DNA of 14,510 nucleotides from Pseudomonadota bacterium (GTDB lineage Bacteria; Bdellovibrionota_G; JALEGL01; DATDPG01): NCBI GenBank assembly GCA_043804515.1, contig JAZDIZ010000114.1, positions 1 to 14,510 of the forward strand, read 5' to 3'. Shown piece by piece: positions 6,324 to 14,510 of this stretch (position 1 is its first letter; each line of letters starts with the position of its first letter). The notes under the pieces were generated by a model. It saw only the letters and a program-made list of their open reading frames with translations, ran no database searches and was not told where the DNA came from. The position numbers and the translations under genes were made by a program.

Positions 6324-9300
6324 CTAATGTACGGGTATTGGGGGAAGAGCCGCCTCCCAACCGCCTTCCCATACAAAAACGGGCCTCATCCCGTTCGGGA
6401 TGATTACCGTATTCTGGTAAATGGTGGTTGCCTCCTGATGCGCGGGTGAGGGAGACGGAAGAAATGCCCTTTTAGGTCCTCTGAAGATCATGAACTCGCC
6501 GGGATCGTTATGACCGAAGGCATAGTACCTATTTCCCGCTGTCCAAGCGTCTTCAAGTTCCCTTGCATTGGTTATTCGAAAGCCGGGAACCATATCATCG
6601 GGAAGAGTTCTTAACGCCGCTGAGCTGGCCCCACTAACGCGGCCTGTTCCAACGCCACTGACCAAAGTGCCTTTCACCTCTGCCCCTGCGGCTCCGCGGA
6701 GAACCCATACCATTTCCATTTCCTGAAAGGCGGCAGCCGCGTATTTGCCAATACCCCATGTCGCTACCATCAAGCCTATGTCCAAACCGTTGGCGGGGAT
6801 GAGGCCGGCCGCTAAAGCATATCGAAGATCCCCGGTCGCTGAGGACGTTAGCTTCGCCATTTCCTGGTACTGTCTGACCGCTTTCGTCCAGCCTGGAATT
6901 CCCGTGCCTTGGTCCGCCCACTGGTTCCAAGGAATTTGAGCGCCTGGAGCAGGTCCTATTCTGGTTGCATCGCTGGCTGCCGATTGATTGACCGGGGACG
7001 TGTTGTCGAAGCACTCACCAAAGGAAGTACACACGTTCAATGCCGGCCTCGTCCGACCCTCGGCCGCCATCCCCGTGACGTCCGTCTTGTTCATGGGATC
7101 GTTGTCCGCATACTGATACGCGTTCATTCCCTGGGATGAGCCGGTATCGATGAGCGGGTCGGGGGCAATGAACCGTCCTATGGAGGGGTCGTAGTAGCGG
7201 GCGTGGAGATAAATGAGACCGGATTCATCCTGTCTTTGGCCCGTGAAGCCGATGGCCACGCCGTCCCCGCCTCCGGCCAGCTGATCCCCGTACGGCTTGT
7301 ACTGCCGGGTCGAAACCAGAACGCCATAGGGATCGGTAACCGCCTGAATCGTGCCCAGACGGTCGGCGTGGAGGAACCGGGTATTCGTATTGGTTTTCTC
7401 GGCCACGGGAATGCCGTTGAACGAGATGTATTTCTTGGTCTGGCAGTCGGTGATCTCGGTGCCGTCGCCGAAGTACACCGTGGTGATGCCGTTGTGTACT
7501 TTCTTGATCCGGACGCCGTCGCCGTCATAGAAGAATTGATCCGCGCCCACGGTCTTGGGTTTTCCTTCCCCGTCGTACGTGATCGCCACGCCGTTCCGGT
7601 TGGTCATATTTCCATCTGCGTCGTACTGGTACGTGAACCCGCCGGCCTGCGAGACCGCGTGAGGAAGGGCGCGCCCACCCACCGAGAAGTTGTAACTGTA
7701 GCTTCCGACGCCGGTGGCCTGCTGGATGTTCCCGTTGAGAGCGTAATCGAAGTGCTGCGATGCGATCCCGGTCGTGTCCGTGAGACGATGGAGGTCGTCG
7801 TAGTCAAAGTGTGTGTAGTCCGGCGACGCCTTGGTGGCTTTCCCTTCGGCGTCGGGGGCGTATGCAAAATGTTGGCCGATCGCCGTCGTCATAATGTCCG
7901 TAAGCCACAAGCGATTCAGGTCGTAGAACCGTATCGTCGTCGTCCCATTCCCATACGACCAGAAACTTGGACTCCCCGCGGCGTTGTATGTGGCGTTTTG
8001 GAGGATTCCCGGAATAGTCGTGAGTCTTCCGGCGCGGTCGTAGGAGAGCGGGTTAGCGGGCGAGCCCACCTGATCGAGGTCGGGATAGAGCGTCCACAAG
8101 AGCCGGCCTGCCAAGTCGTATCCCCACTGGAAGCCGTAGAGATACGGGTCCCCCGTCATCGTCCGCTGCGAGGTCTCCGGCCGTCCCAAAGCATCGAAGT
8201 TGTACATCTCCGTGCTGTCGGGACCCGTCATCGTCGTGCGCTTGCCGATGTTGTACGCACCGGGGCGGGTTTCATCGTAGACGTAACCGTAAGTGGTTTC
8301 CCCGGCCTTACCCAGGCTCAGTGTCTTGGAGACGAGCCTACCCAGGGCGTCGTACTGCCACCGGGTATCGTTGGCAGGCGAGATGGCGTCCAGCTGGCGG
8401 GTCTTGTGGCCGGCATCGTCGTACTCGTAGGTCCACAGACCGATGTGCGGCGAATCCGTGGTGCGCTTTCTTCCCAGTGTGTCGTACGTGTAGCTCTCCG
8501 TGGCGTTGCCCACGTCTTTCGTGAAGAGAAGGTTCCCCACAAGGTCATACGTGAACGTTCCGGTCGTCTGCCAGCTCCCGTTGTGGAGGTGCCGCATGAA
8601 TATCTTCCGGCCGCGGATGTCGGAGAACACCTTCGACTGATGCCCCATCTCGTCCATGATTGTGGCGATTTCCAGTGCGCGCGTGCCGTCGACACTGGAA
8701 TCCCGCAAAGTCTCATAGGTGGTGGACACATGATTGCTATCGGCGTGCGTGACGGAAACGACGCGATTGAAGCTGTCGTACGCCATGGTTTCGAATTTTT
8801 GCGCCGCTCCGGTGTAGTACGGTAGCGACTTGGCAGCCGCGTTCCCACGCTCGTCGAAGTCGACAAGTTCGTGGATCTCTTGCCCCTCCTGGGGACCCTC
8901 TCTCGCCGTCCAGAACGTCCGGCCCAGGCCGTCGAAGTACGTGCGCGCCCAGGTCGGATCTTCGCCGTTGGGTCCGGGCGTGAGAACCTCATCGTATTGC
9001 GACCCCACGATACCGCACGAATTGCAGTAGGTGCGGTGTTCCAGTTCGCCGGTCAGGGGCGCCTCGATGTTCTTGCTGTAGGGGCGGCAGAGGGCGTCGT
9101 AGTCCGTCCGGATGACGACGTTGTTCGGATCCGTCACGCGGATAGGAACACCGCAGACGGGATGCCACTCCGTGAGCGTCGTGTGACGCGTGCCCTGCTG
9201 GTTGGGCGGGGTTCGGACACTGGCCGGGTAGAGATTGAACGTCGGGTCGTAGGTGAAATCGGTCTGGTTCCCCAGCTCGTCCCGTGTCCAGAGGACATTC

Positions 9301-12300
9301 CCGTCGGAATCATAATCCCGAGTCGTGGCCACCCAGCGGGGTGTGCCGGCGACCGCTAACGTCAGCGTCTGGAATGGCGCTTTAACCCAACCGACGACAC
9401 GGTCCCACAAGGATGGGTCCGAAGATGAGGCGACTTCCGAGGATCCCAGATCAGCCGCGGACGCCTCCGGGATCAGGAGGAGAGACATTCTGGGGAGGAT
9501 CCCGCCGCCGCGGCCGCCGCCCCCGCCGCCGCCAGGACCGGCCGGCGTGGGTGTCGGAGTCGGAGTCGGCGTGCTGACAGCGGCCGGCATGCAGAACGGA
9601 TCGGGTTGCCCGAGGAGACCTTCCGTAATTTGGAGGTGGCCCTTAAACAAAATCTCTTCGCACTTTGAATACTTCGGGTAGGCACTGGAGAAGGCATACG
9701 GACACGCCACAAACCCGGCCGACGGCTTTATGCATCGGACCTGGCCGGTGGTGTGGTCGCAAGTGGCGATCGCGCACCAGGTGAAATTGGGGGGCGTGTT
9801 CGGGTCCAGGGGCTCGTCCCCTCCCGTTGAAATCGGGGCGTCGGCAAGGAGACGCTCCTCGCGGGTCACTTCCCCCTGCGCGTTGTACGTGTACCGTGTC
9901 TCCGAGAGAATTTTCTCGGCCAGAAGGTTCGTCGGCAGAAATGTGGTCACGGTTCTCGTTTCAGGCCGATCCATGAGCCAATTCGCCGGATCCGTATGGA
10001 ACCGAGTGGTCGTCCGGGTTTCGTCCCCCGCAACATCGTAGTCCCCGTAGTTGAATGCCCAGACCAAATTCCCGACGGCAATACCGTTGGAATAGCCCTT
10101 TGCAGCCGACGAGTCATTGTCGTAAACGAACGATGTGAGCGTCCGGCGCGCCTTGGGGTCGATCGTCCCTTTCGCCCACCAACCCTCGATGTCTCCTCGC
10201 GAAACCAAGGCGGGATCCAAAGCCGCCTCGGGCAGGGGGAATGCATGGCTTGCATCGAATGCAAACTCCCACGAATCCGAGATGTGCCAGGAAAAGGGAT
10301 AATTGTTGCTGAGCGCCACCCAATTCTTGGTGAGGCTTCTCAATTTCCCGTCGGAATCGTACGTCTCGATCTGCCCGGGGAGAGGCACGGAACGATCGTC
10401 CAGATTGAAATGAGTCACCACCTTCGGCCGGTTGATTTCGTTCGAGAGCTTCGGCGCGTGAACGGTCACTTTTTCAAACCCCTGAAAGTTTTTCTCCGAT
10501 CGTTCGTACACGCCGCCGTCGTATTCGTACCCGGTGACAGCCGCGGGACCCCGACCGTCCCATACGCTGCGCGATTCGACCAGGGCGCGAATCGGAAGGC
10601 CCGGGGAGTTGGTGGCGATTTCCGAGGAAGGACGGTACGCAATTTGTTCCACGGCGCCGTAGCCGTTACCGATCCGCCTTAAGAGATCCGCGGGCCCGCC
10701 GGTGGCCACGTTGAAAGCGACGTAGGTGCCGGCGCTGACGGCGATGTCCGTTTTCCCGTCGCCGTTGAAATCCCCCACCCAGTGACAGCTTCCACCTGCG
10801 GGCGCCTGTACCGTCCGCCCGAAGCTCAGATACCCGGTGGAAAGGTAAATGCTCGGCGAGCCGGATGGGGGAATGTACCCGAGGTCCGTCCGCCCATCCC
10901 CGTTAAAGTCGCCCAACGCTACGTCCTGGCCCGCGCTTAGGTCAAGAGTGGGTCCCGTCGTGATCGGAGGGGTCATGAACCGATTTCTGCCGTTGGAAAG
11001 ATAGATTTCGGTGCGCCGGGTTCCAAAAGCGTTGCCGATGTACGTGACATCCGCAAAGCCGTCGCCGTTGACGTCCGCGATCCGGACGCGCTCGTCCGAC
11101 TTGACGCCGGCTCCGGCCTGATACGAATCGTAGGAGAAGGGAACCTTTGGCGCGATCCCCGTCGACCAAAACTGGCCGCCTCCCATCGCCAGGTAGAGCG
11201 TCATGTAAGCGGCCGTGGCCTCGTTCGTGTTGACTCCCTGAATCATCAGGACGTCGGTCACGCCGTCCCCGTTGACATCCGCCAGCTTTACGCGCGACAG
11301 GTCGGCCAGCGTTTCCGGATAGCTCGGCCGCCCATGGAACGGCCCCGTGAGGTACGCCGAGTTTACGGGCGGATTGAATTGAACCGGATCGACGGTCGGA
11401 TTCGAAAAGTAGACGTTCGGTGTGCCGTTCGCACATGGGAAGCCCTGGCACTCAAATGTGATGAGATCGTCCGCGCCGTCGCCATTAAAATCCCCGACCA
11501 TGATCGAAGCCAGATCGATCTTTCTCGGCCAATCGTCCAAATAGTGAACGGTTCTTGTGGGACCCGGGTAAGGCCCCCGGAACATCCCGTCTCCCTTGGC
11601 GAGATAGACCTGGAACGTCACCGGGCTCGTGTCGGAAATCGAATACGGGATCACCATCACGTCCGTCATCCCGTCGCCGTTGAAATCCCCGAATTTCCAT
11701 CGGGCCGGATCGCTTACCCAACCTGTCGGGGCCGTCTTGTAGAACCCCACAAACTGTCCCGACCCGTCACACTTGGCCAGCCACACTTTGGGTCCCGGAG
11801 GATTCGAATAGTCGTCCCAGAGAAAATCCGTGCACGTGTCGTCATTAAATTGCCCCGTCAGGACCGGAAGAAGCGACTGGCCTTCCGGATCGTTGCACGC
11901 CACACCGGCCGGAACCGTGCTGGCTTGATTGCGCAGCGTCAGCGCGTCACTGGTGTACTCGAAACTCACGGCCGGCAACGGTGTCGTCCCGTTCGTCCCG
12001 TACTGCGTTATTTGCTCGAGAAGGCTCCGGCTCGACACGCCGTCCGACCGGTAGGTCAGCTGGTACTTCCGAAGAAGGGTTCCATCCACCTTCACCTGAA
12101 TCGTCTTCAGCCGCTCCGCGACCAGGCCTACCTCGAGTGCATTTCCCCCCAACCCGAACGAAACGGCATCCGGCCGACCCGATTCCCGAATGAGATCCAC
12201 GGTGAAATGTCCGGCTCCGTAGTTAACGCTCTTTGGATAACAGGTGTACGCCGGAGACGTGCCGCATTCCCACGTATACGTGGCGGTTTGGTTCCGAAGG

Positions 12301-12872
12301 TTCGTGACACTGCTCAGGAGCCAGCGGAAGATGCCTGAACTGCTTACGAAGCGGGCGGTGCCACCATACACCGATTGGACAGCGTTTTTCGACGTCAGGA
12401 TCCAGCGATCGTTCGAAGTGTCAAAAAGAATCCGCTGAAAACTCTCGATCTTCGTGTGGTAATACCCGCCCGGATTCGCGGCCGTGGGGAGCTGGCTCCC
12501 GGCCGTCAGGGAACATTCAGCGATGGACGTACAGGGCAGAAGCTCGGTGCCGCCCAAGAGATACGTGTCTGCACTGGAATACGTGGGTCCGGCAAATTTG
12601 TTCTCCCCGCGCCGCTCAATGAAGGGAAAGCCGGAAAGAGTCCAGCCGACGCCTACAAAGCCGTTGCCCGCGGCGGAGCTGTACGAGAGCGCAAGGCCCG
12701 GCTCGATTCCGTGATAAGCCGGGACCGCGATCGGGATCGATTTGGTATAGGCCCCCATGTACTCCTCGACCACGCCGAGCGGTTGAGCCGATTTCTCCTG
12801 TTGGGCATGAACGGCGGTCGGCAGCGCGAGAAGTATCAACGAGGCGACCGCTGCAATGAGTGTGTTTTTCAT
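6324..12872 (-). CDS. Secreted SpvB/TcB-like + FG-GAP + RHS/YD-repeat polymorphic toxin (single-chain TcB-TcC-like)
   Basis: 2182 aa with a GAGGAG SD and Sec signal MKNTLIAAVASLILLALPTAVHA. It has an SpvB-type N-terminus (SIPIAVP...LALSYSS...GNGFVGVGWTL), seven D(F/V)NGDGxxD-type FG-GAP repeats and YD repeats. The RHS core (GFTGQRQDESGLIYLHARYYDPSIGRFIAPDP...YQYADNDPMNKTDVTG) is followed by a ~247-aa tip. Confidence 0.95.
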   Translation of the reverse strand: MKNTLIAAVASLILLALPTAVHAQQEKSAQPLGVVEEYMGAYTKSIPIAVPAYHGIEPGLALSYSSAAGNGFVGVGWTLSGFPFIERRGENKFAGPTYSSADTYLLGGTELLPCTSIAECSLTAGSQLPTAANPGGYYHTKIESFQRILFDTSNDRWILTSKNAVQSVYGGTARFVSSSGIFRWLLSSVTNLRNQTATYTWECGTSPAYTCYPKSVNYGAGHFTVDLIRESGRPDAVSFGLGGNALEVGLVAERLKTIQVKVDGTLLRKYQLTYRSDGVSSRSLLEQITQYGTNGTTPLPAVSFEYTSDALTLRNQASTVPAGVACNDPEGQSLLPVLTGQFNDDTCTDFLWDDYSNPPGPKVWLAKCDGSGQFVGFYKTAPTGWVSDPARWKFGDFNGDGMTDVMVIPYSISDTSPVTFQVYLAKGDGMFRGPYPGPTRTVHYLDDWPRKIDLASIMVGDFNGDGADDLITFECQGFPCANGTPNVYFSNPTVDPVQFNPPVNSAYLTGPFHGRPSYPETLADLSRVKLADVNGDGVTDVLMIQGVNTNEATAAYMTLYLAMGGGQFWSTGIAPKVPFSYDSYQAGAGVKSDERVRIADVNGDGFADVTYIGNAFGTRRTEIYLSNGRNRFMTPPITTGPTLDLSAGQDVALGDFNGDGRTDLGYIPPSGSPSIYLSTGYLSFGRTVQAPAGGSCHWVGDFNGDGKTDIAVSAGTYVAFNVATGGPADLLRRIGNGYGAVEQIAYRPSSEIATNSPGLPIRALVESRSVWDGRGPAAVTGYEYDGGVYERSEKNFQGFEKVTVHAPKLSNEINRPKVVTHFNLDDRSVPLPGQIETYDSDGKLRSLTKNWVALSNNYPFSWHISDSWEFAFDASHAFPLPEAALDPALVSRGDIEGWWAKGTIDPKARRTLTSFVYDNDSSAAKGYSNGIAVGNLVWAFNYGDYDVAGDETRTTTRFHTDPANWLMDRPETRTVTTFLPTNLLAEKILSETRYTYNAQGEVTREERLLADAPISTGGDEPLDPNTPPNFTWCAIATCDHTTGQVRCIKPSAGFVACPYAFSSAYPKYSKCEEILFKGHLQITEGLLGQPDPFCMPAAVSTPTPTPTPTPAGPGGGGGGGRGGGILPRMSLLLIPEASAADLGSSEVASSSDPSLWDRVVGWVKAPFQTLTLAVAGTPRWVATTRDYDSDGNVLWTRDELGNQTDFTYDPTFNLYPASVRTPPNQQGTRHTTLTEWHPVCGVPIRVTDPNNVVIRTDYDALCRPYSKNIEAPLTGELEHRTYCNSCGIVGSQYDEVLTPGPNGEDPTWARTYFDGLGRTFWTAREGPQEGQEIHELVDFDERGNAAAKSLPYYTGAAQKFETMAYDSFNRVVSVTHADSNHVSTTYETLRDSSVDGTRALEIATIMDEMGHQSKVFSDIRGRKIFMRHLHNGSWQTTGTFTYDLVGNLLFTKDVGNATESYTYDTLGRKRTTDSPHIGLWTYEYDDAGHKTRQLDAISPANDTRWQYDALGRLVSKTLSLGKAGETTYGYVYDETRPGAYNIGKRTTMTGPDSTEMYNFDALGRPETSQRTMTGDPYLYGFQWGYDLAGRLLWTLYPDLDQVGSPANPLSYDRAGRLTTIPGILQNATYNAAGSPSFWSYGNGTTTIRFYDLNRLWLTDIMTTAIGQHFAYAPDAEGKATKASPDYTHFDYDDLHRLTDTTGIASQHFDYALNGNIQQATGVGSYSYNFSVGGRALPHAVSQAGGFTYQYDADGNMTNRNGVAITYDGEGKPKTVGADQFFYDGDGVRIKKVHNGITTVYFGDGTEITDCQTKKYISFNGIPVAEKTNTNTRFLHADRLGTIQAVTDPYGVLVSTRQYKPYGDQLAGGGDGVAIGFTGQRQDESGLIYLHARYYDPSIGRFIAPDPLIDTGSSQGMNAYQYADNDPMNKTDVTGMAAEGRTRPALNVCTSFGECFDNTSPVNQSAASDATRIGPAPGAQIPWNQWADQGTGIPGWTKAVRQYQEMAKLTSSATGDLRYALAAGLIPANGLDIGLMVATWGIGKYAAAAFQEMEMVWVLRGAAGAEVKGTLVSGVGTGRVSGASSAALRTLPDDMVPGFRITNARELEDAWTAGNRYYAFGHNDPGEFMIFRGPKRAFLPSPSPAHQEATTIYQNTVIIPNGMRPVFVWEGGWEAALPPIPVH

Positions 12873-12907
12873 GATCGCTTCTTCCTCTCCTCAAACTAAC
12901 GCTGTGT

Positions 12908-13888
12908 TCACGGACACCCCGACAGAGTAGGGACTGCAAAGGTTGCGCAACTGCTCGCGTACACGCCGATTTTGGCCGGCTCGCCGACGGTGTCGCCGTG
13001 CTTCGGCGTGATGCAGAAGTACCACGGGTCGGGAGTAGGGGCGGTAACGCGGGCATTATCGATGGTCACGTTAGTCGTGAGAACACTCCCCAAGGACTCC
13101 GTGGTTCGGTGGGATGCCCAATGGTTCCCATAGGAGATGGTGAACGTGATGATCTCGTCCGGGAGAGCGACGTAATTTGCTGGTCGTCCCCAGTTCAAAT
13201 CAAGATTACAGTAATCAGTCCAGTAGAGGTCGTACTCGTCCCACTCCCGCCAGCGGTCCTCGGGTAATAGTGGGCCCCTGGTGAGGTTCGTCGGTGCGCT
13301 GGGGGTCGGCATCACTGTGGGAGTCGGCGTGGGTGTGGGCGTCGGCGTAGGCGTCCGCGTGGGGGTCGGACTGGGCGTCGGCGTCCGCGTCGGTGTCGGA
13401 CTGGGCGTCGGCGTCCGCGTGGGGGTCGGGGTTGGCGTGGGGGTTGCCGTTGGCGTCGTCGGTGGTTGCGTCGGGATCGTGCATCCGGCAAGCGCCGCCA
13501 AAGTTGCGTAAGGGACTTTTTTGAGCGTCTCGGATGTCTCGGTCGTCGGACAGACCGGATTGTCTCCCGTGCAACGGGTGCCCTTCAGAAAGTCGCAGAC
13601 GACCTTGTCCGAGAGGAAATTGCAGTTGCGATCGCAACAGGCGCCGCCGTCACAATCTTCCCCGGCGTCCCGGTGACCGTTGCCGCAGGAAGAGAGGGCA
13701 TTCGATCCGGAGTCCGCCGACGGAATGATTTGCACGGTTCCAGGCGAATCGGAGCGCGTCGATGACGCGTCCGGCTTTGAACAGCGCGCCGGATTCAATA
13801 AGAAGAGAACGGCAATTAAGAGACCGAAAACAACTCGAGGCTGACATGCACTCGATTCGAAAATGGGGATGTTCTTTGCCCGCGCCAT
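12908..13888 (-). CDS. Exported protein: disintegrin-like Cys-rich module, Pro-Thr linker, FN3-like C-terminal domain
   Basis: Hydrophobic N-terminal stretch, then CGNGHRDAGEDCDGGACCDRNC...CTGDNPVCP, a long PT repeat, and PSAPTNL...LNWGRP...WYFCITP. The start is placed at 13888 because the ORF-track ATG at 13912 lies inside the sigma-54 motif. It ends 35 nt upstream of the RHS gene, so an operon is likely. Confidence 0.8.
   Translation of the reverse strand: MARAKNIPIFESSACQPRVVFGLLIAVLFLLNPARCSKPDASSTRSDSPGTVQIIPSADSGSNALSSCGNGHRDAGEDCDGGACCDRNCNFLSDKVVCDFLKGTRCTGDNPVCPTTETSETLKKVPYATLAALAGCTIPTQPPTTPTATPTPTPTPTRTPTPSPTPTRTPTPSPTPTRTPTPTPTPTPTPTVMPTPSAPTNLTRGPLLPEDRWREWDEYDLYWTDYCNLDLNWGRPANYVALPDEIITFTISYGNHWASHRTTESLGSVLTTNVTIDNARVTAPTPDPWYFCITPKHGDTVGEPAKIGVYASSCATFAVPTLSGCP
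13351..13429. repeat. 30-bp tandem repeat (~2.6 copies) inside the Pro-Thr linker
   Basis: GCGTCCGCGT(G/C)GG(G/T)GTCGGACTGGGCGTCG units encoding PTPSPTPTRT. Confidence 0.85.
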
Positions 13889-13900
13889 GAACCTGACAGT

Positions 13901-13916
13901 CGCAACGCGCATGCCA
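13901..13916 (-). promoter_or_regulatory. Sigma-54 (-24/-12) promoter motif for the accessory-RHS operon
   Basis: Minus strand reads TGGCAT-GCGCG-TTGCG; the ATG at 13888 is 14 nt after the -12 C. Confidence 0.65.
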
Positions 13917-13987
13917 GGGCATTTCAGCGTTCAGCTCCAACTGAGGTGATCTGGTGACATTCCGGCTCGAAAACCCTGCAAGTGACC

Positions 13988-13999
13988 GTAACCTAGGGC
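13988..13999 (+). repeat. 12-bp direct repeat, copy 2 (GTAACCTAGGGC)
   Basis: Identical to 3419-3430. Confidence 0.5.
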
Positions 14000-14159
14000 A
14001 CCGTTTTTCGGGGTCGTGAGTTGCCATACCTCGTTGTAATTTAAGCGTTTTTTATGGCTTCTGGCTTAAACTCGCCCACCGGTGGAAACCATAGTTGGCG
14101 AATAGGGGGTCGAAGAGGCTCCAAATCGACTGAATGAGAGTCTGGAGCCGAGTGCTTTG

Positions 14160-14510
<351 letters not shown>

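Larger units (their letters stand above)
1114..14159. other. Accessory region / putative genomic island inserted between tgt and yajC
   Basis: tgt and yajC are adjacent in many bacteria. Here they are separated by an RHS toxin, a TA module, a transposase remnant and exported proteins. No integrase was seen, so mobility is unproven. Confidence 0.7.

Noticed and set aside
6165..6449. 94-aa ORF as a candidate immunity gene
   Set aside because: It is on the opposite strand, overlaps the RHS tip and reads through the low-complexity repeat.
7203..8825. Long plus-strand ORFs (540 aa here; 405 aa at 3867-5084; 334 aa at 11334-12338)
   Set aside because: Antisense shadows of GC-rich coding genes.
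13281..13511. GV-repeat ORF, or a CRISPR-like reading of the 30-bp repeats
   Set aside because: It is the reverse complement of the PT linker; the repeats are in-frame coding units with no unique spacers.
14117..14149. Hairpin GGCTCCA...TGGAGCC after tgt
   Set aside because: Interrupted stem with no U tract; too weak to call a terminator.

Overview
GC-rich bacterial DNA; gene style suggests a deltaproteobacteria-like lineage, which is inference only. The normally contiguous tgt-yajC-secD cluster (minus strand) is split by about 13 kb of accessory DNA between the tgt 3' end and yajC. The insert has a minus-strand block of three exported proteins: (i) a disintegrin-like Cys-rich / Pro-Thr linker / FN3-like protein; (ii) a 2182-aa single-chain SpvB/FG-GAP/RHS polymorphic toxin with a Sec signal, a ~170-aa internal loop insertion and an unassigned, possibly ADP-ribosyltransferase-like tip; (iii) a large beta-propeller lipoprotein. 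On the plus strand it has a Cys-rich lipoprotein, a truncated REP-associated tyrosine transposase (missing from the ORF track) and a Phd/YefM-RelE/ParE toxin-antitoxin pair with a clear operator. Three correctly spaced sigma-54 promoter motifs each lie 14-16 nt before a start codon, which suggests near-leaderless, activator-dependent transcripts. No small immunity gene, integrase, tRNA or CRISPR array was seen.
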